Source: an uncultured Clostridium sp.
GTDB lineage: Bacteria > Bacillota > Clostridia > TANB77 > CAG-465
Reading direction: 5' to 3'
DNA: 58,497 nt
Assembly: GCA_905204915.1 (NCBI GenBank)
Contig: CAJLBR010000001.1
Span: forward strand, 1 to 58,497
Under the pieces are notes generated by a model that saw only the letters and a list, made by a program, of their open reading frames with translations, made no database searches and was not told the origin of the DNA. Below are positions 31,222 through 39,950 of this stretch, in pieces (position 1 is the first letter of the stretch; each line of letters starts with the position of its first letter). The translations under genes were made by a program, and so were the position numbers.

Positions 31222-32685
31222 CTAATCTAAAATATCTCCGTATGGTCTTTTTCTTACAGGCTCATCTGTATGGTCTGCAACTTTTACACTTTTTGGCTCT
31301 GAACTTTTTTGTTTAGCTCTATTTTCTATAGCTTTTTTACCTTCTAAAGCAAATAATTCTTTTTCAAATAAATTCATTTCTAATTCTCCAGATAAAACTT
31401 TTTCTTTTAATTCTTTGATTTCATCTTCTTCTAAAGAGAATTTTTCTAACATATTTGCAACATTTTCTTTAAGTTTTTCATTATTTACTTCTTTTTCAAA
31501 AGCCTTAAGTCTTTCCAACTCGGAATTTAATTCTGATAATTTATTATCTTTTTCTTCTGTATCTTTTGAGAATTCCACTATTTTTTCATCTAATTCTTTT
31601 ATTTTTTCATCCTTTTCAGATGCAGAAGTTTCTAATGTTTTGATTGACTCGTTTAATTCATTTATTTTTTCAAAAGCAACTTTTTCTAACTCATTTTCAA
31701 AAGGTTTTTCTAATGAGAAATTAACTTGAGATTCTCCCTCATTCATTTCTCTCCATTCTCTTATATAAGCTTTTTTATTATCAAAATCTAAAACAATTTT
31801 GTCTCCATCTAATGAATAAGGAACACCAAAACAAGAATAGTTAGATGCACTTTCAACAACAACGACATTTTCTCCAGGAATTATATCTCTGTAATAAAAT
31901 TCTCTTTGTTGGTATGTTTCTCCCCAATAGTTAGTTTGTTCAACTGTTCTATTAGCAAGGGCATCATATATTTGGTCTTGAAAGTTTTGAACTGATAAGC
32001 CAAACATTTCTATTGTTTTTTTATTTTCAGGCAACTTAATACCCTCCTTTTCTTTATTTAATTCATTGCAAATTAACTGTAATTCTTTTTTGTAAAACTC
32101 TAAATTACCTTTAGCATAAGTTGTTATTGTAGCACCTTCTATTCCTGGTTCTACATCATCTCCAAGAATAGTAATTCCTTGGAATATAAAAGAAGTAATA
32201 TCTCCTTCGTCATTCTTTTCCTGAATAATGATTTCCATACTTACACTTTTTTCTTGAGCTTCTAATAGTAAATCTAATCCCTCATTTGCATAAGCTTTCC
32301 AAATTTTTCCCGTTGCACACAAATAAGTTTTTTCAGTTTCTTCATCTGTTTCATAAGTTATTTCTGTACTTTCAGGAATTACTCCAATTGCTCTTTCTTC
32401 ATAAAAAGTTCTTACTTCTAATCCTTCAGAGGTTCTTGACAGTTTTAGATATATTTTATGTCCTCCAAAATCAATAGCCTCGTCATCTTCGTCTCTTTCT
32501 ATGTATCCAACTATTGGAATATTTTTTAAACTTTCTTTAGCATTTTCAATTGCATCTTCGGTAATATTAAGACCCTTGCTATTTTCCCCAGCATGGACAA
32601 TTTGAAGTTTTACATTTTGGAATCTTGAATCTTCATCTTCATTTGAGAAAAAAGTTAATTTACAATTTATATTTTTTGTTTCCAA
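31222..32685 (-). CDS. prohead protease/scaffold-like protein
   Basis: 487 aa with an acidic coiled-coil C-terminal half; located after the portal gene. Confidence 0.45.
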   Translation of the reverse strand: METKNINCKLTFFSNEDEDSRFQNVKLQIVHAGENSKGLNITEDAIENAKESLKNIPIVGYIERDEDDEAIDFGGHKIYLKLSRTSEGLEVRTFYEERAIGVIPESTEITYETDEETEKTYLCATGKIWKAYANEGLDLLLEAQEKSVSMEIIIQEKNDEGDITSFIFQGITILGDDVEPGIEGATITTYAKGNLEFYKKELQLICNELNKEKEGIKLPENKKTIEMFGLSVQNFQDQIYDALANRTVEQTNYWGETYQQREFYYRDIIPGENVVVVESASNYSCFGVPYSLDGDKIVLDFDNKKAYIREWREMNEGESQVNFSLEKPFENELEKVAFEKINELNESIKTLETSASEKDEKIKELDEKIVEFSKDTEEKDNKLSELNSELERLKAFEKEVNNEKLKENVANMLEKFSLEEDEIKELKEKVLSGELEMNLFEKELFALEGKKAIENRAKQKSSEPKSVKVADHTDEPVRKRPYGDILD

Positions 32686-32713
32686 ATAGCACCCTCCTTT
32701 CTTCGGAGTTTAT

Positions 32714-32968
32714 CTATTTAATATTTAATAGCACTTCCTTTATTTCCTCGTTTGACACTCCTATAAGAATATAAAGATATACTATTAAAAAGAAAATATT
32801 TACTAATGGTGTGAATATAATTAAACCTACTGTCAATAGAGTTGCACATATGTTAGATTTGCTTTTCATCGGTATTTCATTTTCACTAGCAACATATCCT
32901 ATTTTTAAACAAGTTGCAATCACACTTATTGTTGTTAGAATGCATATCATTGCATATAATTTTCCCAT
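32714..32968 (-). CDS. small multi-pass membrane protein
   Basis: 84 aa with 3 hydrophobic helices. Confidence 0.45.
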   Translation of the reverse strand: MGKLYAMICILTTISVIATCLKIGYVASENEIPMKSKSNICATLLTVGLIIFTPLVNIFFLIVYLYILIGVSNEEIKEVLLNIK

Positions 32969-32977
32969 ATCATTCTC

Positions 32978-33160
32978 CTATACAAACATAACATCTGTAA
33001 ATAAAAATTTAGTTTTATCAGATAATTTAGAAATCTTGTTTTTATCGTTTTCATAATAATAAAAAATATCATTATCTATTTTTTCAGATGTTATGTACTT
33101 AAAATTATAAAAATCTAATTCACTTTTATCTCTTTTGTTTAATGCTACTATAAATTTCAT
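32978..33160 (-). CDS. hypothetical small protein
   Basis: 60-aa ORF. Confidence 0.35.
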   Translation of the reverse strand: MKFIVALNKRDKSELDFYNFKYITSEKIDNDIFYYYENDKNKISKLSDKTKFLFTDVMFV

Positions 33161-33170
33161 CCAATCTCAC

Positions 33171-34706
33171 CTATTTTCCATTCTTTTCAGAATTAGATTC
33201 TCCTGTATCTGATTTAGAAGGTCTACCTCCTTCATCTACTTTTGCAGAACTTGGAGTCTTATCACTCGAATCTTGATTTGAATCTGTACCACTTGTTTGA
33301 TATGCACTTTCTAATGGTTTCATATCTTCGGCAACTTTTTCTAATTCTTCTATTTTAAGTGTATTCATAGCTCTAAGAGGAGTAAATCCCATTGTTGCAA
33401 AATATTTCCATTTAGAACCATATATAGTTAAACCATCTTTTTCGTCCTTAGCTAATTGTCTCCAGTTATGTTCAGTTGTTTTTACAAACTCTACCATCCA
33501 ATTTCTAGTTTTTGAACTAGTTCTAAGTTCATCATTTATCCAATTTTCTATTGATTTTTGAATAAATAATGGTAATAACACATCTACAGTTTCTCCATAA
33601 CTTACTGCCTCTGTATTAGTTGAATTTCCATTAAATATATCATTATTGATTCCTGCTGCATCATAAATAGTTTCTTTTACTTTATTAACATATTCAAGAG
33701 TTTTAGTTTGTGAGTCACCTAATGTTATTTTTTCTAAAGGCATAGGAGTAGTAATTGCTCCACAACCTGTATTATTTAAGACTTTCTTTAAAGCTTCATG
33801 GAATTTTTGTAAAGTCTTTTTATCTAATTTCATTCTACCTTTTTCATCGGTTTCTGCTTTTTGATATATTAAAATAAAGTTTTCTAATACTGCATTATTG
33901 TTTCGTAAATCTTCTAAATCTTCTAATGACATTAAGTTGTCAAATAAACTTGCAAAATAAGGAACTCCTTTTGTTCCCCAAACTTCTAATGAAAACGCAA
34001 CTGCTTTATTATAATTACTTAAATCATACCAACCATTATCAAAATTTTCATCATCAATTAATTGTCCATTAGTATATTTAATATATAGTTCCATAATTTC
34101 TTGAGGAAAATAAGCTAACTCTGTTGGAGATATGGCTGCTAAATTTATTTTATATCTTGAAACCATATTCCCAGTTTTGCTGCATATTTTACATAATTTA
34201 TTAGGAATTTGTTGATATATAACACTATATCTATCCTTAATTATAAATAAAAAGATTTCTCCACAATCTAATATCTTTTCGGTAATCCATTTAGAATTAT
34301 ACTTTAAATTATATTTTTCTAATTCAGTAGCAGCCTTATATCTTGCCTCCCAAATATCTTCTTTTGTTTTATATTTACTTATATCTCTTGGAATTAAAAA
34401 ATGGTCATATGTAAGAATTTTAGATTTGTAATCTGTGAATTGTCTAACCATACCATTAGTATATTTAAATATTTCGGCTGCATCTTGCAATATTTCAATA
34501 CTAGCAGTATTTGTTGGATTGGCTAAAGCTGTTCTTAATTGCTTTTTAGATATTTTTCTTCTTCTTGCTATTGAATCATATGTTGAGCCTATATATCCAA
34601 CATTATTGTATACATAATTCGCAAAGGATTCGAATTCCTGTTTTTCAAAAGTAACTATATCACTTTCTGATTCGTTGATTTTCTTCTCTAAATCCAACTG
34701 ATACAC
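33171..34706 (-). CDS. portal protein
   Basis: 511-aa ORF immediately downstream of terL with an acidic/Ser-rich C-terminal tail. Confidence 0.65.
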   Translation of the reverse strand: MYQLDLEKKINESESDIVTFEKQEFESFANYVYNNVGYIGSTYDSIARRRKISKKQLRTALANPTNTASIEILQDAAEIFKYTNGMVRQFTDYKSKILTYDHFLIPRDISKYKTKEDIWEARYKAATELEKYNLKYNSKWITEKILDCGEIFLFIIKDRYSVIYQQIPNKLCKICSKTGNMVSRYKINLAAISPTELAYFPQEIMELYIKYTNGQLIDDENFDNGWYDLSNYNKAVAFSLEVWGTKGVPYFASLFDNLMSLEDLEDLRNNNAVLENFILIYQKAETDEKGRMKLDKKTLQKFHEALKKVLNNTGCGAITTPMPLEKITLGDSQTKTLEYVNKVKETIYDAAGINNDIFNGNSTNTEAVSYGETVDVLLPLFIQKSIENWINDELRTSSKTRNWMVEFVKTTEHNWRQLAKDEKDGLTIYGSKWKYFATMGFTPLRAMNTLKIEELEKVAEDMKPLESAYQTSGTDSNQDSSDKTPSSAKVDEGGRPSKSDTGESNSEKNGK

Positions 34707-34709
34707 CTC

Positions 34710-35821
34710 CTATGTTAAGAATACAAATGTATCATCATCTGTGGTACTATTTGCATTTTCTTCTTCTTCTAGGTAGTCTGCTAAGAAGTTAGCATATCCA
34801 AGGCTAGAATATCTATCTTTTCTAGCTCTACCTCTTTCTTTTATCTTGATGTATTTACCACCTTCAATACTATGGTCTAAATTTATAAGCTCATTAACTA
34901 AAGCTGTTGTTTGTAAAAATGGAGACATATATTTAGCCTCTAATTCTGCTCTTAAATTAATATCTGTTATATCTCCTATCTTATCTTCAAATATCATTTC
35001 CTTTGCATCCAAGTGGTTTAAAGGTAATTCTATTGTTCTATTCATAAGGTTTTCTCTTAAACTCATAGCTACTTTGTGGTTTATTTCAGGATTAGGTTTC
35101 AATGAATATACAACAGGAAGAGAATTTCTTGCCGCAAATTCATCTACTGTATTGTCTTTATTAAAGCAAGTAAAACCTTCATACCAAATATCTCTTTCAC
35201 TATCATAATTACTTTTTTGTAAATAGCTCCATACGGTTAAACCTAAACCTTGTGTATCTATTATCATATAATCTGCATCAAAATCATTAAATAATTGTTT
35301 TAATCTTATAGCTTGTGTTTCAGCCTCCATACCATTATAACTTTCTATATTTACAACAATTCTTCTGAATTTGCCATCAGAAGGAATTAATCTCATACAT
35401 GTATATACAGAGTTGTCATTTACAGAACCTTTTGATAAAGCTATATCGGCAGATATTATTCTTATTTCTCCATTTAATTTTCTTAAATATCCTCTCTTAT
35501 CTCTTTTCTTTTTCTTCTTGTCTTCCATATATTCGATTGGAGTTGGAGGATAAAACATACTCTCTTGAGTTCTACAGTTATTGACAAATGAAGATTTAAA
35601 GAAAGCATCTTCTGATTCTCCATAGAATAGTCCACAATATTCCATAGCAAAACTAGCTTCTGTCATACTTTCTTTTTTCATTTCTCTTATTATTTTTTTC
35701 TTAGTTAATAATCCATGGTCTAAGCTACAAGTAAAAGGAATTGAACACATAAAGGCATCTTCCCCTCTTACCATAGCTTTTAATACTTCCATACATTTAG
35801 CGTAGCTCCAATGTCCTTTAT
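34710..35821 (-). CDS. terL: terminase large subunit, exon 5 of 5 (nuclease domain)
   Basis: ORF 34710..35792, extended upstream to the base after G 35822 (the terminal G of the intron). Reads (W)YKGHWSYAKCMEVLKAMVRGED... Confidence 0.75.
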
Positions 35822-36195
35822 CATATTGTTATTACCCAATGGCTTTTTATCCATTGCTCTGGAAGTTTCCCTCATTTGAAATTATCTCATCAGTTGGTCA
35901 TTTCCAACTCAGATTGGCATATATTACTACTCTCTATTATTTAGCATGATGAGTATCAAACACTCTTGGTAACTTATTCTATTTATAGTTTCAGTTACTA
36001 TGCTCTAAGATGTTAATAGCTCTTTAATTCTATTAATTATCTTGGTATCACCTCTATCTAAACTAGACTTAGGCTTTCTTACCAGTCTATTCCTCCTATC
36101 TCTAGGTTATATTTTTATGTGCTTTCGACTATGACCAATATTGTTTGATTACGGCTATAAGTACTCATGCTTTACTTATAGCTAGGCAAAAGTTT
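35822..36195 (-). ncRNA. group I intron terL-4 (family member)
   Basis: P1 GGU|AAACUUUUGCC. P2 GCUAUAAGUA...UACUUAUAGC. P7/P8 GUAAC-UGAAACUAUAAAUAGAAUAA-GUUAC. 3' module GAGGGAAACUUC-CAGAG-CAAUGGAUAAAAAGCCAUUG-GGUAAUAACAAUAUG. Confidence 0.7.
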
Positions 36196-36215
36196 ACCAT
36201 CCAGAACTTAAATAT
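36196..36215 (-). CDS. terL: terminase large subunit, exon 4 of 5 (20-nt micro-exon)
   Basis: AUAUUUAAGUUCUGGAUGGU supplies (I)YLSSGW(Y) between two introns. It is required for frame continuity. Confidence 0.6.
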
Positions 36216-36561
36216 CATATAATGTTATCCCAAAGGCTTTTTATCCTTTAGTTCTCATAGTTTCCTATGAGGTCGGCATACATCTTTATTCTCTATAAAT
36301 ATGCACAATGAATATCGACCACTCGTGGCAATTTTTTATTCTGTAAAACAGTTTCAATTGCTATGCTCTACGATGTTAATAGTTTTTTAATTCTATTAAT
36401 TATCTCGGAGTTGCCACTATCCATTTAGGACTTAGGTTTTCTTCTTAGTTTATCCCTCCTATATAATAGGTTACATTTTTATGTACTTTCAACTACATCC
36501 GATTTTGGTCGATTTTACTTACGAGCACTTGTGCTTTACTTCGTAAGGAGACATATTTTCT
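36216..36561 (-). ncRNA. group I intron terL-3 (family member)
   Basis: P1 GAGAU|AGAAAAUAUGUCUC. P2 CUUACGA...UCGUAAG. P7/P8 GCAAUU-GAAACUGUUUUACAGAAUAAAA-AAUUGC. 3' end CUAAAGGAUAAAAAGCCUUUGG-GAUAACAUUAUAUG. Confidence 0.7.
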
Positions 36562-36734
36562 ATCTCTTTATTCTCTTCGATATATTTCTTCTTTAACATT
36601 GGATTATTTGCATATTGAGGAAGACTTAAAAAACCTGGTTGTCTTGGATTTGTTAAGAAAGGTAATAAAACATCATCTAATATTTTTTGGTCTACCATTC
36701 TGTATTCATCTACAATCAAGATGTTGGCACGTTC
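36562..36734 (-). CDS. terL: terminase large subunit, exon 3 of 5 (Walker B)
   Basis: [15 protein letters not shown]...IEENKE + AU. The ORF 36519..36737 tail is intron read-through. Confidence 0.7.
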
Positions 36735-37074
36735 CAATTTTTATTATCCTATAAGCTCTTTATCTTATAGTTCTCACAAATTTCTTCATGAGATTAGAGT
36801 ACATTTTCATTCTCTAATAATTTCATTCTCAATGAATGTTGAGGGCTCATGGAAAGATTATTGCTCTCATATTATCACTCACTTTCTACTCGTTACGGAC
36901 AGCATTAGATATTACTGCCCTCGGTATCAACTCTATCCATTTAGGACTTAGCCTTTCTTACCAGTCCATTCCTCCTTACATAAGGTTACATTTTTATGTA
37001 CTTTCAACTACGACCGATACACCTCAATGCTAACAATATGCACTTGAGAATTTACATATTGCTGGGCGAAATTC
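36735..37074 (-). ncRNA. group I intron terL-2 (family member, subfamily of terL-1)
   Basis: P1 GGU|GAAUUUCGCC. P2 CAAUAUG...CAUAUUG. P7 GAAAG...CUUUC. 3' end CUAUAAGAUAAAGAGCUUAUAG-GAUAAUAAAAAUUG. Confidence 0.7.
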
Positions 37075-37329
37075 ACCTCTGGCATCTTGATTAGCTACAA
37101 TAGCTTCTATCCTACTTCCATTCCAAAATGTAATAGAAACCTCTTTACTATTGATTTGAATATCTTTAATTTCTTTTTGTAGAGCCTCTGATGTTTTATA
37201 TAATTCTCCAATTATCTTATCTGTAATTATCTTTTGAGCTTGTTTTTTTCTTTTAGCTGCAACGATTATCTTTGTTCCTGGTTTTAAAGTGCAAATTAAA
37301 ACTGAAAAAACTGAAATTAGCCACGTCTT
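37075..37329 (-). CDS. terL: terminase large subunit, exon 2 of 5
   Basis: KTWLISVFSVLICTLKPGTKIIVAA...VANQDARG. Begins after G 37330 (the terminal G of the intron) and ends at GGU 37077-37075. Confidence 0.7.
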
Positions 37330-38616
37330 CAATTTGTTACCCTAAAGGCTTTTTATCCTCTAGCTCTCATGGTTTCCCATGACGTTCAGCACAACTTTCT
37401 ATTCTCTTAATTACACCTAATGAATATCGGAAACTCTTGGAAGGATTATTGCTCTCATATTATCGCTCACCTTCTGTGCGTTACAAATGACATTAGATAT
37501 TGTCACTCTCGGTATTACCACTATCTAAACTAGACTTAGGCTTTCTTACCAGTTTATCCCTCCTCATATGAGGTTATATTTTTATGTGCTTTCAACTGTG
37601 ACCGATATATCCCGATTACGGTAGTATACACTTAGGCTTTATATACTACTAGGCAAGAATTTTTCAAATTTTCTTTGTAAATACATTAAGTCATCGCCTT
37701 CATACAAATAATCAAACCAAGTTTTTATATTTGGATAACCACACCAATCACATACATAGGACTTTCCTGCCCTTTGAGATATAGTTGTTTCACTTAATCC
37801 CAATTCTTTATGAACAATTTTTTGAATACCAGTTAAAAAATCTTTTGTTCCAACAAACGAAACAGAAGACTTCTTAAGTTCTTTATTGTTATATATACAT
37901 CCATCTCCATCAAAATATCCTCTGATAAAATGAGATATAAATTCACTTGGAACTTGTTCTTCTGTAGGAAATTTTAATATAAGTGATTTTCTAGGAACAC
38001 ATCCTAATTTAATTAAATCTTTACATATTTGGTCATTACATATCGTTATTCTACAAGCATGATATTTTTCTTTTATTGTCTTATCTTTTATTGGAGCATT
38101 TGACTTTAAACACATTTTAAATTTTTCTAAATGAGTTTTATCTTCTGAATTTAAACTTATTTCTAAAATGTGTTTATTTCTTTGTTCTAGCACACATCCA
38201 TCTGCATATAAGAAACCCAACCGATATGCCTTATTTGGAGTATTGATTTCTGAAAAATAATTTTCATCAACATTATATTTGTTTGAATCAAAAATTAAAT
38301 TTTCATAATCGGCATATCTATTTATATCTCTAATAGAACAACCAATTTCTAAAGAAATTTCTTTTGTTGTTTTAGTTTTATAATTACTTAAAATATATTT
38401 TTCTTGTTCTTTAGTAAGACAAACACTTCTACACCCTTTAGTTAAAGAATTGTTGCTCGCAAAATTCTGAACTCTTGAAAATGGAATATCTAATTGTTTG
38501 GCTATCTCCTTTGTATCCATACTTCTATAATTTTCTTTTATAAACTTTTTTTGATTTTCTGTTAATCTTGGCATATTCCTCCTCCTGCATTTTAGGTAGA
38601 AAATTTCTATCTATCC
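37330..38616 (-). mobile_element. group I intron terL-1 carrying a LAGLIDADG homing endonuclease ORF
   Basis: 5' junction UUAGGU|. The complementary guide GCCUAA lies immediately after the endonuclease stop, so the ORF sits in the P1 loop. Core and 3' module are homologous to terL-2. Ends ...GGGUAACAAAUUG. Confidence 0.7.
37639..38574 (-). CDS. LAGLIDADG homing endonuclease (double motif) with N-terminal HTH repeats
   Basis: LGFLYADGCV and IRGYFDGDGCI motifs, AGGAGG RBS, entirely inside the intron. Confidence 0.85.
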   Translation of the reverse strand: MPRLTENQKKFIKENYRSMDTKEIAKQLDIPFSRVQNFASNNSLTKGCRSVCLTKEQEKYILSNYKTKTTKEISLEIGCSIRDINRYADYENLIFDSNKYNVDENYFSEINTPNKAYRLGFLYADGCVLEQRNKHILEISLNSEDKTHLEKFKMCLKSNAPIKDKTIKEKYHACRITICNDQICKDLIKLGCVPRKSLILKFPTEEQVPSEFISHFIRGYFDGDGCIYNNKELKKSSVSFVGTKDFLTGIQKIVHKELGLSETTISQRAGKSYVCDWCGYPNIKTWFDYLYEGDDLMYLQRKFEKFLPSSI

Positions 38617-38835
38617 ACCTAACCCCCTAGTACATGACATCAAAAATTGGTCGCTTTTAAACATAAAGTATATTAATATCTGTTGGAATATATGAAGTGG
38701 AAATTCAAAATAATCCAAAGCGAATCTATGAGGGTTAGCTAAATAAAATCCACCCCAATATTCTCCGACTCCTTCTAATAGATTTTCAGATGAATCATTA
38801 GATGTCAATTCTCTATCTTCATATTTAGTCCTCAT
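38617..38835 (-). CDS. terL: terminase large subunit, exon 1 of 5
   Basis: ORF 38611..38835. Ends ...SCTRGLG, and joining to KTW... recreates the P-loop GLGKT. Confidence 0.7.
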
Positions 38836-39742
38836 TTACATCACCTGCTTTTTCTAATTCTTCTTCAAATTCCTTGCTTAATTCAATTGCAGTATCTCCA
38901 TCTTCGATTGTATATTCTCCTGTAGCAAGTCCTAAAAACTTAGCTAAAGGTTTTATAAGATATTTAGTTATATACTTTCCAATTCCATCTATGTCTTCAT
39001 ACTCTTCTAATTTTACTAGGATTGGCTTCGTTCTTTCATAAATTTGCATTTTAGTACCAAAAGTTTCTCCTGCCGTTTCTCCAACTTTTTTCTTTTGATT
39101 TGGTTTTACATCGGCATCTTGCATTTTAGAAGAAACTAATTTAGACATTTTTTCAAAGGTAGCCATATCTCCATTGATTCTAGCTTTCTGACCTTCTAAT
39201 TCAATCACACACAGTTCCTTAAATAGTTTCTTTGTAGTAAGTTCTCTTGGAGCATAGAACTCGTCATACTCTTTATACGCCCTTTCTAGTATACGATATT
39301 CGTCATCCGTATACCCTTTGCCCCATTTAATTCTAATTGAATAGGTGATTGGAAATTCATCCTCTGCCCCTAATTCATCTAAAATCTTTATTTCAAATAA
39401 ACTATCTAAAGAAGTCTTTCCTTTATATTTTCTATGATTAGAACCCATCTTTCTCATGTAAACAACCATAAGAGGCTCACTACCACCCCTCAACGGCTTT
39501 GCTAGTTCTTCATCATAATAAATATCAAAGTTCATGCAAAAGTGTCTTAAAGCCAGTAATTCATTCCCTTTATATAAACCTTCTAAAACTTTATATCTTT
39601 CAAGAAGGCAATCTTTACATATTGGAATCTTTTCATCTTCATATAAGGCACTATATGTACTGTAAAAATGTCTTTGCATTTCTTTTTCTTCTTTACAATC
39701 ATTGCATTTTAATTTTGGTTTTTCTGCTCTTTTCTTCTTCAA
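38825..39742 (-). CDS. putative terminase small subunit (Zn-finger N-terminus)
   Basis: 305-aa ORF overlapping the terL start. CNDC...CKDC motif. TTG start after GAGGTGAG. Assignment by position. Confidence 0.45.
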   Translation of the reverse strand: MKKKRAEKPKLKCNDCKEEKEMQRHFYSTYSALYEDEKIPICKDCLLERYKVLEGLYKGNELLALRHFCMNFDIYYDEELAKPLRGGSEPLMVVYMRKMGSNHRKYKGKTSLDSLFEIKILDELGAEDEFPITYSIRIKWGKGYTDDEYRILERAYKEYDEFYAPRELTTKKLFKELCVIELEGQKARINGDMATFEKMSKLVSSKMQDADVKPNQKKKVGETAGETFGTKMQIYERTKPILVKLEEYEDIDGIGKYITKYLIKPLAKFLGLATGEYTIEDGDTAIELSKEFEEELEKAGDVNED

Positions 39743-39754
39743 TTGTTTCTCACC

Positions 39755-39787
39755 TCTAAAAAAATAGACTGCCCAGAAGGGGCAGCC
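39755..39787 (-). terminator. rho-independent terminator between the TnpB element and terS
   Basis: CUGCCCC-UUCU-GGGCAG followed by UCUAUUUUUUU. Confidence 0.6.
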
Positions 39788-39950
39788 TTGATAGGGAGAT
39801 TGATATGATTAGTTCTACTTTAGGAACTGGACTATCTTTTTAATTTTAAATAAAAGATTTCTTTTTATAGTCATGTTTGAGAGATATAGGACATCTCATA
39901 CACTACCTATAAGGGAAGCCCATACCCATTACTGCTACTTTATTGTAAAG

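Noticed and set aside
36721-37033. Plus-strand ORFs 36721..36951 and 36836..37033.
   Set aside because: Same reasoning: they are antisense to intron terL-2, without an RBS or recognisable motifs.
19992-38616. Group II introns as the intervening sequences.
   Set aside because: Sizes are 340-430 nt (ORF-less). There is no GUGYG 5' end, no domain V-like hairpin and no reverse transcriptase. By contrast, R/S-like P7 elements, U.G P1 pairs and terminal G residues fit group I.
36519-38835. Interpretation of the four terminase fragments as separate small genes, pseudogene debris, or evidence of stop-codon reassignment.
   Set aside because: The fragments join in frame at U/G-bounded junctions and rebuild the P-loop and Walker B motifs. 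The in-frame stops lie in conserved ribozyme-like sequence. TAG, TAA and TGA all terminate ordinary genes elsewhere in the window.
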